Source: a bacterium
GTDB taxonomy: Bacteria; Sysuimicrobiota; Sysuimicrobiia; Sysuimicrobiales; Humicultoraceae
DNA: 13,836 nt
Reading direction: 5' to 3'
Assembly: GCA_041497675.1 (NCBI GenBank)
Contig: JBGQGY010000100.1
Span: forward strand, 1-13,836
The notes under the pieces are model-generated. The model was not told the DNA's origin and ran no database searches. It was given only the letters and a program-made list of their open reading frames with translations. Both the position numbers and the translations under genes were made by a program. Below, in pieces: positions 1 through 6,776 of the stretch (the stretch's first letter is position 1; each line of letters opens with the position of its first letter).

Positions 1-1
1 A

Positions 2-733
2 ACCTTCATCGAACAGGGCGGCACGGTGTTCGATACGGCACCCGGGTACGGCTCGTCCGAAGAAGTGTCCGGCCGTATCGCGGCCGAGTTGGGTCTCACG
101 GACAAGATCTTCTGGGCCACCAAACTCAACGTCGCACGCCAGGGCGGACCGGCTGATGCGGCCGCGGCGCGCGCCCAGATCGAGACCTCGTTCCGCCGGA
201 TCAGGAAGGCGAAGATCGACCTGATCCAAGTCCACAACATGGGCGACGTCGCCACGCAACTACCGATCCTTAGGGAACTGAAGCAGCAGGGGCGCATTCG
301 CTACCTCGGTGTGACCACGACCTTCGAGCAGCAGTACGCAGAGCTCATAAGCACCATGAGGAGCGAACCCCTCGACTTCATCGGCGTCGACTATGCTATC
401 GACAACCGCGAAGCCGAGACGACAATCTTGCCGCTCGCGCGAGACCGCAAGATCGGCGTGCTGGCCTACGCACCGTTCGGACGGACGCGGCTCTTTCGCC
501 GTGTCGGCGACCGCCCGTTGCCCGACTGGGCAAAGGAGTTTGACGCACAGACTTGGGCGCACTTCTTCCTCAAGTTCGTCGCCAGCCATCCGGCGGTCAC
601 CGTCGTGACGCCGGCCACCAGCCAGGCGACGAACATGCTCGACAATATCGGCGGGGCCGTCGGACGTCTCCCGGACGAAGCGACGCGAAGGCGCATGATC
701 GACTTCGTAGACAGGCTGCCATCAGCGCCATAG
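2..733 (+). CDS. Aldo/keto reductase (5'-truncated by the window edge)
   Basis: Frame is open from position 2 (TFIEQGGTVFDTAPGYG). AKR motifs: FDTAxxYG, ATK, IDLIQVHN, GRIRYLGV, AYAPFG. Stop TAG at 731-733. Confidence 0.92.
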   Translation, partial: TFIEQGGTVFDTAPGYGSSEEVSGRIAAELGLTDKIFWATKLNVARQGGPADAAAARAQIETSFRRIRKAKIDLIQVHNMGDVATQLPILRELKQQGRIRYLGVTTTFEQQYAELISTMRSEPLDFIGVDYAIDNREAETTILPLARDRKIGVLAYAPFGRTRLFRRVGDRPLPDWAKEFDAQTWAHFFLKFVASHPAVTVVTPATSQATNMLDNIGGAVGRLPDEATRRRMIDFVDRLPSAP

Positions 734-876
734 AGTCAACGCTCTCCCCAACGATACCCACCTAGTCACCTGACCAGGTCAAAGACCCGCCGCCGGGATG
801 ATGCCCGGGGCTACCCCGCAGGTGTTTACTAGTATCAGAGGACGAAACCAGAAAACCTCAACGAGGAGAGACGACG

Positions 877-1128
877 ATGAACAAGATTCTTGCAGGGCTG
901 TTGCTCGGTGGTGCACTGGTCGTGAGCGTGAACAACTGGTTCCCGACGGAAGCGCGAATGGCCGAGAACGAGCTGCTCCAGGTCGAAGCGACGAGCGCCC
1001 AGATCGAGGATGAGTTCCTGCCGGTGGATGTGCGGCAGGCGGCGATCGAGGACGAGTTCTTGCCGGTGGATGCCCGTACCGCGCAGGCCGACGATGAGGT
1101 TTTGCCCGTCGACGCGCGGTTTGCCTAA
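877..1128 (+). CDS. Small secreted protein: Sec-type signal peptide plus acidic 14-aa tandem repeats (putative multi-unit peptide precursor)
   Basis: RBS GAGGAG shortly upstream of the ATG. N-terminus is MNK + hydrophobic ILAGLLLGGALVVSV. Repeats of (E/D)DE(F/V)LPVD(A/V)R differ at synonymous codon positions. A hairpin follows the gene. Confidence 0.88.
   Translation: MNKILAGLLLGGALVVSVNNWFPTEARMAENELLQVEATSAQIEDEFLPVDVRQAAIEDEFLPVDARTAQADDEVLPVDARFA
961..1125 (+). repeat. 42-nt (14-aa) coding tandem repeat, three well-conserved units plus one degenerate unit
   Basis: Units: 961-1002 AENELLQVEATSAQ, 1003-1044 IEDEFLPVDVRQAA, 1045-1086 IEDEFLPVDARTAQ, 1087-1125 ADDEVLPVDARFA. Confidence 0.9.
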
Positions 1129-1156
1129 CCGAACCAGCGCGACCTAGCGTGAATAC

Positions 1157-1187
1157 CCAGGGTGAGCCTCACGAAGGCTCACCCTGG
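1157..1187. terminator. Probable bidirectional terminator hairpin between convergent genes
   Basis: Perfect 13-bp inverted repeat CCAGGGTGAGCCT-cacga-AGGCTCACCCTGG between the stops at 1128 (+) and 1201 (-). U-tracts are weak on both sides. Confidence 0.75.
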
Positions 1188-1200
1188 ACGCTTTCGGAGC

Positions 1201-2775
1201 CTATTCGCCCCGGCTCGTTGGATCGACTCCCGCGAAGGTCACGAAGTCGACCATTCGGAAATCACCCGTCGCGCCGTTCCGCTGCGGAAGCACAGGCCGC
1301 CAGTGGCGCTGGGCGTTGAGGAATGAGTCCGGATCCGTCTGCAACAGTCCGATGATCACCTCGGCGACGATCCGACCCCCCACGGGCCCAAGATGCAACC
1401 CCTGTTCCATGACCTCCGCTTCTTTGAGGACGTAGTACCAGAGCGGCGTGCTGCGGTCGAGCCCCAGGCGATACGGCTCGAGTTCCCTGAGATCGTCGCG
1501 GTCCAGCGCCGCAGCCCCAATCGCGCGGGCGATCGACTGCCCGGAGGGAAGCGACCACGTGACCTGGCGGAGCAGGTTTCGCTGGGGAAGCGACGTCGGC
1601 GGATCGCCCGTCGCGATGGCGCCCAGGGGCAGACGGAACAACGGTGTCGAGATCTTGGCGTCGATCCTCTTGTTGCGCTTCACCCGCCCGTCCCCGAAGT
1701 CGAAGAACACCTCGAAACCGACGTAGCGCCGGGGCGCCCGTGCCCCGCCGCGCAGATCATCGGGATCGGCCATCCCCTCCGATCTGGGGTCGAAGATGAA
1801 CCCGGTCAGCTCTTCGTTGGCCCGGTAGGAGGGTCGAACCATGCTGTGCCCGAAGCGGTAGGCCGCACCTTGGAACTCGACCGGAATGAACGCCTCGCCC
1901 CGCCGCGGTTCGTAGAAGCGCCGTCCCCGTTGAAGCACGTCGCGCACCATTTCTCGCCCCACGAACAGCGGCAGGAACTCGTGCAGGATCATCCACTGGT
2001 AGTGCCACCGCGTAAGTTCGTTCGCCTCTCCAAAGGTCCGGCGGATTTCGTCCGACCCCCGTTCCGTCCGCCGGCCGCGCGTCTGCGATCGAATCAGGTC
2101 GACGGCGTTGTTGTGGAACTTGAGGAACGCCGCCTGAAATCCTGAGATCAGCACCTGCTCATCGTTGCGAGGGTCCGGGATGATGGCTCTCATGGTCGCG
2201 TCCCGAGGGAGATCCTCGAATTCCCCTCCAAACTCGACCCTGAACTTCGCCCGATCACCGTGTTCGTAGAGATTAGGCGACCGAAATGGGCCACCCCCGT
2301 AGACCGAATCCAGATCGAACGCCGGAGTCCGCGTGTTTTCAGAGCGTTCCGGAACAGTCGGGACGCCCAGACGCGAGGTCAGATCAAAGGTCATGTCATG
2401 ATCCATGAACTGTCCCATAAACGTCGTACCGGCGGTGTGCGTCGGGTTGTCGGGGTTGTTCGGGCTGAGCGACGCATCTTCGAAGAGCGCCACCGGACCG
2501 GCGGCTAGATTGTCGCCCGCGTCCAGGATGCCTCCAGGTTTGCCGATGTCCAGCAAGGCCGCCATCAGACGGGGCGAGGGTTCGGCGAAGGGCGTCAGGC
2601 GATCGAAGATACGGCCGAATCGATCGGCGCGGTTGGCCTCGTGCCGCGCCCGCTCGGTGAGGGACTGGAGGGCCTCGGCCGTGTACCCTCCGAACAGACC
2701 CGTACTGCCGGCGACCGCCGCCGTGCCGATGCCGACGCGACTGAGAAACTGCCGACGGCTGTACCGCGTGGTCAT
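1201..2775 (-). CDS. Heme peroxidase, peroxidase-cyclooxygenase (animal heme peroxidase) superfamily, with Tat signal peptide
   Basis: Twin-arginine motif SRRQFL followed by a hydrophobic segment. Distal GQFMDHD, DLDSVYG, DPRNDE, proximal AYRFGHS, C-terminal PLWYYVLKEA and LGPVGGRIVAEV. RBS GGAGG upstream. Confidence 0.93.
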   Translation of the reverse strand: MTTRYSRRQFLSRVGIGTAAVAGSTGLFGGYTAEALQSLTERARHEANRADRFGRIFDRLTPFAEPSPRLMAALLDIGKPGGILDAGDNLAAGPVALFEDASLSPNNPDNPTHTAGTTFMGQFMDHDMTFDLTSRLGVPTVPERSENTRTPAFDLDSVYGGGPFRSPNLYEHGDRAKFRVEFGGEFEDLPRDATMRAIIPDPRNDEQVLISGFQAAFLKFHNNAVDLIRSQTRGRRTERGSDEIRRTFGEANELTRWHYQWMILHEFLPLFVGREMVRDVLQRGRRFYEPRRGEAFIPVEFQGAAYRFGHSMVRPSYRANEELTGFIFDPRSEGMADPDDLRGGARAPRRYVGFEVFFDFGDGRVKRNKRIDAKISTPLFRLPLGAIATGDPPTSLPQRNLLRQVTWSLPSGQSIARAIGAAALDRDDLRELEPYRLGLDRSTPLWYYVLKEAEVMEQGLHLGPVGGRIVAEVIIGLLQTDPDSFLNAQRHWRPVLPQRNGATGDFRMVDFVTFAGVDPTSRGE

Positions 2776-2826
2776 CGTGCCTCCCCCTCTCGTGAGGCCG
2801 ATGAGGCCGATCAGCGCGGTGAGGGC

Positions 2827-2866
2827 AAAAACACCGCACCCACCTTCCTCGCCGGAAAGTGGGTGC
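2827..2866 (-). terminator. Intrinsic terminator in the riboswitch expression platform
   Basis: Minus strand GCACCCACUUUCC-ggcga-GGAAGGUGGGUGC (13 bp, one G-U), then GGUG and UUUUU, located between the aptamer and the peroxidase RBS. Confidence 0.7.
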
Positions 2867-2867
2867 C

Positions 2868-2948
2868 CACCTTCGGCAACCCGGCTGGCTCAAGGAGCTC
2901 CGTGGCTTTGCGTCCCCGCCTCGCGGCGGGTTTGCCTTTGTCGGATGT
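2868..2948 (-). ncRNA. Cyclic di-GMP-I riboswitch (GEMM motif) aptamer
   Basis: Minus strand ACAUCCGACAAAGGCAAACCCGCC-GCGA-GGCGGGGACGCAAAGCCACGGAGCUCCUUGAGCCAGCCGGGUUGCCGAAGGUG. Contains the GEMM hallmarks GGCAAACC, a GNRA-capped P2, GGGACGCAAAGC, and P3 ending CAGCCGGGUUGCCGAA. Lies in the 5' leader of the peroxidase. Confidence 0.92.
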
Positions 2949-2956
2949 TACATCGT

Positions 2957-2985
2957 ATTAGAGCACTGCCACCCGCGGAACGCAA
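2957..2985 (-). promoter_or_regulatory. sigma70-type promoter for the riboswitch-peroxidase transcript
   Basis: Minus strand TTGCGT (2985-2980), 17-nt spacer, TCTAAT (2962-2957) with extended TGn. This puts the start site just before aptamer P1. Confidence 0.6.
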
Positions 2986-3093
2986 TTGGGAACATCAGTT
3001 CCACGTCTCCACATCGTGTCACGGGGAGGACGCTTCGTGGAATATGCGCACAACATGCGCAGACAATGGATGGGATGTTGCCGGCGCTTTCGC

Positions 3094-4698
3094 TCATCCT
3101 GACGCCGGTCGGATGTGGGATCCGCGCGGGCGTCTCAGCAGGTTCAGTGGGAGGAGTTTTCCTCGGTCGGTCCAGATCGGTTCTGCCCGCTGCACGTGGA
3201 TGGTGCGTGCTTCGGCCAGTTGCGTGCGCACGCGGCCACTCAGCGCGCTGTTGACGGCCTCGACCAGCAGCGCGTCGTCCTGGACGTCGACCCGCGGGCT
3301 GACCAGGAGCGTCAATTGCGTGAAGCCCTGTGGGTCCTCCGTTTCGTTCAGCTGATAGTCGAGCGGCGTGCCTCCAAAGCGCGCCGGCAGCACTTCTTCG
3401 AGGAGGTGGAGCATGTCGCTGCCCATGATCGTGACACCCTCGCTCGTCAGCTTGCGAAAACTGAAGATGTTCCGGAGATGCTCGACGAATCCATGGCGCT
3501 CCAGCGGGCACCCGCACGCTCTCTGCTCGACGACGCCGTAGTCATCGCTCTCGACGTTGAGGAGAAGTTTTGGCGCCGTCGGGAGTAACGTCGTGAAGTA
3601 GAAGGCGTCGACACTGACGTCCCACTCCGGGACCTGGCGGGGGTGCTGGATGAGCGCCAGGGCGTCCTTAAAGAAATGGATGTCGTTGCCATCAGCCGGA
3701 TTTGCGCAGCCAAAACCGACCGACCCGACTTCGCTGAAGGAATACGCTGGGATCCATCGCGCCCCGGAGCGCGTGATCTCGCGCACCTTCGCCGGCGTCG
3801 GGGGCTCGCCGCCGCCCATGAACACGGCGCCGGCCAGATTCAGGTTGAGATCGCGGGCCGCGAGGGCGACCCGGACGGCCATGCTGACATGGCACCGGAG
3901 CAAGGCGGCACCGCGGGTCGCGACCGTCTCATGGACCCACCGCGCGACGGTCGCCGCGTCGTCCAACCGCACCTCCTCGGGCCAGGGGATGCGCAATCCG
4001 TGAAGCCTCCCGCTGAGGACAATGTACGCGGTGGCGAGACGATGCTTCAGGGACGGGCCCCCGCCCGGTGTAATCGCGGGAGAGAACCATTTCTCCGGCA
4101 CGTGGCCAAACCGGCACTCGCGAAGAATGTTGGAGATCCCACTGCCGTCCGGCAGGGTTCCCCGCCAGAGCGCCATCGGCGCGTCGAGTACTCCGTGAGC
4201 CGCGTACGCCAGCATTACCTGCGCGGCTCGATTCGCCGCGTGCGTGAGGTCGGGGCGCACCTCGGTCGCCGGTCCCGTGACACCCCCGCTCGAGGCCATG
4301 TAATACTGCCGCAGCAGCGGGTTGTCGAACGCGGTGCGCTCGGTGCGGATCTCGCGCCCGCTGCGGACGATCGGCGTCCGTCCCCGGAACTCCTCAAAGG
4401 TCACGTAGACGCCGGCGTCGCGCAGGGCCCGCAGCGCCGGTTCGACTCCCTTGCTGTGCACCAAATTGCGGAGGTCCGCCATCTCGCAGCCGGCGAGGGC
4501 CAGCAGTTGCCGGTAGGGACTCGCCGGGTTGGCGAAGATCGCGCGCTCGACCACCGAAAGAAAATTCACGTCGCGCGTGTCCATGCGCCGGCGCACGATC
4601 TCTTCGGCCTGTGGGAGTGTTAGACGCTCGCGGAGGAACCCGTGCAGACCCCAGGCAAAGCGAGCGGTGTCAACCGCTGTCGCGATCCTTAACGCCAT
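3094..4698 (-). CDS. Adenylate-forming enzyme, phenylacetate-CoA ligase / CapK / F390 synthetase-like (divergent)
   Basis: P-loop-like SSGGVTGP, GGEP, YSFSEVG, ESDDYG followed by CGCP, and C-terminal TDRGKL Lys motif. Confidence 0.72.
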   Translation of the reverse strand: MALRIATAVDTARFAWGLHGFLRERLTLPQAEEIVRRRMDTRDVNFLSVVERAIFANPASPYRQLLALAGCEMADLRNLVHSKGVEPALRALRDAGVYVTFEEFRGRTPIVRSGREIRTERTAFDNPLLRQYYMASSGGVTGPATEVRPDLTHAANRAAQVMLAYAAHGVLDAPMALWRGTLPDGSGISNILRECRFGHVPEKWFSPAITPGGGPSLKHRLATAYIVLSGRLHGLRIPWPEEVRLDDAATVARWVHETVATRGAALLRCHVSMAVRVALAARDLNLNLAGAVFMGGGEPPTPAKVREITRSGARWIPAYSFSEVGSVGFGCANPADGNDIHFFKDALALIQHPRQVPEWDVSVDAFYFTTLLPTAPKLLLNVESDDYGVVEQRACGCPLERHGFVEHLRNIFSFRKLTSEGVTIMGSDMLHLLEEVLPARFGGTPLDYQLNETEDPQGFTQLTLLVSPRVDVQDDALLVEAVNSALSGRVRTQLAEARTIHVQRAEPIWTDRGKLLPLNLLRRPRGSHIRPASG

Positions 4699-4752
4699 CA
4701 GAACAGTTTACGCGATCGGGCGACGGATGTCCTGCGGATCGAATCCGCCGGT

Positions 4753-5511
4753 CTACTGCCCGCGCGCCGCGTAGAGGACTCCAGCGAGATATTCTTTCAA
4801 CGCAATGTCGACCGTTTCGAGATTCCCACCCGAAGGCACCCAATCGTCCCATCGATAGTCCCCGTGCACCTGGAATTCCACGGCGTGGGGAATTGGAGAC
4901 AGACCCGCGCGGCGAAATGCGCGCAGCGCGCGAGGCATGTGTACCGCAGATGTCACCAAGACAAAGGGGTCATGCCCGACCAAGGGCCCGACGTTGGCGG
5001 GGTGGTCGGCGGTGCGTCGCGACTGGGTTTCAGCGCGGATCTCGCGGTGTGGCGCCAGCAGGTGGGCAAGTTGCTGCAGCGTCACCGCGTCGGTCGACTG
5101 AGCGTGCTGCGCACTGGCCGATCCGGAGAAGATGAGCCGGCAGTCGTCGCCAAGCCGCGCGCAGAGTTCCAGACCGCTCATGAACCGGGGGAGCGAGCTC
5201 CCACCAATGCCCGACGACAGCATTTCCCCCTTCAAGGGGAAACTGCCACCCATCAGGACGACCACCTGCCGCACGCCCTGCGCCCGAAGAGTCGAAGGTG
5301 AAGATGACGGGGTGCGGTCTTCGAGGGGGCGCAGCAGCGCCTCGGCCACCGGTCTGGTGCCCAGCAACCACAGGCCCGCAAGGAGCACGGCGCCGAGCCA
5401 CCGTGCCCGCCGGTGAGACCGGGTGATCCCCACCGTGAAGACGGCGAGCGCCACCCAGAAGCACAGCACGACGTTGGGAACGAAAGGCTTGAGGAATGAG
5501 GATATGTCCAT
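4753..5511 (-). CDS. YdcF/DUF218 (ElyC/SanA-like) membrane-anchored protein
   Basis: Two N-terminal hydrophobic segments, LLRPLE, VVLMGG, IFSG, ETQSRRT, LVTSAVHMPRA, and C-terminal LKEYL. AGGAGA upstream. Confidence 0.9.
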   Translation of the reverse strand: MDISSFLKPFVPNVVLCFWVALAVFTVGITRSHRRARWLGAVLLAGLWLLGTRPVAEALLRPLEDRTPSSSPSTLRAQGVRQVVVLMGGSFPLKGEMLSSGIGGSSLPRFMSGLELCARLGDDCRLIFSGSASAQHAQSTDAVTLQQLAHLLAPHREIRAETQSRRTADHPANVGPLVGHDPFVLVTSAVHMPRALRAFRRAGLSPIPHAVEFQVHGDYRWDDWVPSGGNLETVDIALKEYLAGVLYAARGQ

Positions 5512-5547
5512 GGTGGAAGTCTTCTCCTCGCGACCAGGCGGAGCACG

Positions 5548-5576
5548 TTGAGTATGTTCGCCGTGGATGCTACGAT
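5548..5576 (+). promoter_or_regulatory. sigma70-type promoter for the hypothetical-udgB-glycosyltransferase operon
   Basis: TTGAGT (5548-5553), 17-nt spacer, TACGAT (5571-5576) with extended TGn. Confidence 0.6.
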
Positions 5577-5592
5577 ACCCCAGGTTTCAGCC

Positions 5593-6090
5593 ATGCCAGA
5601 ATTCATTGTCGAGCGCGCCGTCGTCGAGGCAGCGCGGGCCGCACGTCTCCGCCGGGCCGCCGTCATGTTGCGCGGTCAAGCCGGCACGCTCAAGTATCAT
5701 CCGGCGACCGGTCAGAAGCCGCGCGCGGGCGCCGAACTGACGGCCGCGCTGGACACCATGGCCCAGGTGTTGAACGACCTGCAGCGCGGCGCCGCCCAGC
5801 GCGCGGACGATGAAGCGGCGATCGCCGCGCGGAGCGAGGCCGCGGTCCGGCCGGTCCGGCAGGCCCACATGGACGTCGACCAGGGCGCACAGCTGTCTGC
5901 CGCCGCGATTGCCGTCCTGCGAGACGTGCTCGCCGACACCGACGGCGCGACGATCGATGCCCCCTACGGGCGCGGCGCGCCCCGTCGCCAACACCCCGGG
6001 GCGTTGTGTACCATCGTGGCCGAACGGGCCGAGACGTTGGCCCGGGCGCTGGAGTCGCTGGCCATCATTTCGGCCAACCTGACCGCGTGA
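5593..6090 (+). CDS. Hypothetical Ala-rich, probably helical protein
   Basis: GC3-rich codon pattern. Stop overlaps the next start (GTGA). ATG 5593 is preferred because the ORF-track TTG start at 5548 coincides with the predicted -35 box. Confidence 0.7.
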   Translation: MPEFIVERAVVEAARAARLRRAAVMLRGQAGTLKYHPATGQKPRAGAELTAALDTMAQVLNDLQRGAAQRADDEAAIAARSEAAVRPVRQAHMDVDQGAQLSAAAIAVLRDVLADTDGATIDAPYGRGAPRRQHPGALCTIVAERAETLARALESLAIISANLTA

Positions 6091-6776
6091 CCTCGCTTCG
6101 GCGTCTCGACGCCGAAATCATCGCCTGCCGAAAGTGCCCGCGCTTGATCGCGCACTGCCGTGCCATTGCGCGCACGAAGCGCCGCGCGTATCGCGACTCG
6201 GACTATTGGGGAAAACCGGTCCCGGGGTTCGGCGATCCGCGGGCACGGGTAGTGATCGTGGGGCTGGCGCCGGGCGCGCACGGGGCCAACCGGACCGGTC
6301 GGATGTTCACCGGAGACTCATCGGGAGCGACGCTCTTTGGGTCGCTCCATCGCGCGGGCTTCGCCTCGCGGCCCGAGTCGACCGCGCGCGATGACGGCCT
6401 CCGGCTGACCGACCTGTACATCACGGCGTCGATTCGCTGCGCCCCACCAGACAACAAGCCGCTGCCGGTCGAGATCGCCAACTGCCGATCCTATCTGGTA
6501 CGCGAACTGCAGCTGTTGACGCGCGTGCGGGTGGTGGTGGCGCTGGGCCGCTTGGGACACGATGCGTTGCTGATCGCGGCGCGCGACGCGGGGATCACGA
6601 TCCCCGATCCCAGACCCAAGTTCGCGCACGGCGCGGAGGCCGCGCTGACGCATGGGCTGCGCCGGTTGGTGCTGCTCGACGCCTACCATCCCAGCCAGCA
6701 AAATACGCAGACCGGACGGCTCACCCCCGTGATGCTCGATCGGATCTTCCACCGCGCCCGACAGCTGCTGCGCTGA
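6087..6776 (+). CDS. udgB: Uracil-DNA glycosylase family 5 (4Fe-4S)
   Basis: CRKCPRL, GLAPGAHGANRTGRMFTGD, RCAPPDNKP, C, and HPSQQN motifs. GTG start at 6087 overlaps the upstream TGA. Confidence 0.93.
   Translation: MTSLRRLDAEIIACRKCPRLIAHCRAIARTKRRAYRDSDYWGKPVPGFGDPRARVVIVGLAPGAHGANRTGRMFTGDSSGATLFGSLHRAGFASRPESTARDDGLRLTDLYITASIRCAPPDNKPLPVEIANCRSYLVRELQLLTRVRVVVALGRLGHDALLIAARDAGITIPDPRPKFAHGAEAALTHGLRRLVLLDAYHPSQQNTQTGRLTPVMLDRIFHRARQLLR

Noticed and set aside
734..876. Short inverted repeats (ACCTG-ac-CAGGT, CCGGG-N6-CCCGG, GGGG-cta-CCCC) and GACGAAAC as a hammerhead or other structured RNA
   Set aside because: No CUGANGA core and only 4-5 bp stems, which are expected by chance at this GC. 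It may hold the peptide gene's promoter, but no clear -35/-10 pair was found.
961..1125. Regularly spaced DNA repeats as a mini-CRISPR array
   Set aside because: The period is 42 nt and in frame, variation is synonymous, there are no unique spacers of CRISPR length and no cas genes. It is a coding repeat.
2793..2811. Tandem TGAGGCCGA x2 in the peroxidase leader
   Set aside because: Only two short copies and no supporting structure or known motif.
2405..3517. Long ORFs spanning the peroxidase leader (2405-3355 +, 2859-3254 +, 2948-3517 -)
   Set aside because: They overlap genuine genes and the riboswitch, and have Arg/Pro/Ser-rich shadow composition with no family motifs.
6006..6086. Longer N-terminus for udgB from the ORF track
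   Set aside because: It overlaps the upstream gene. The coupled GTG at 6087 gives the normal distance to the CxxC motif.
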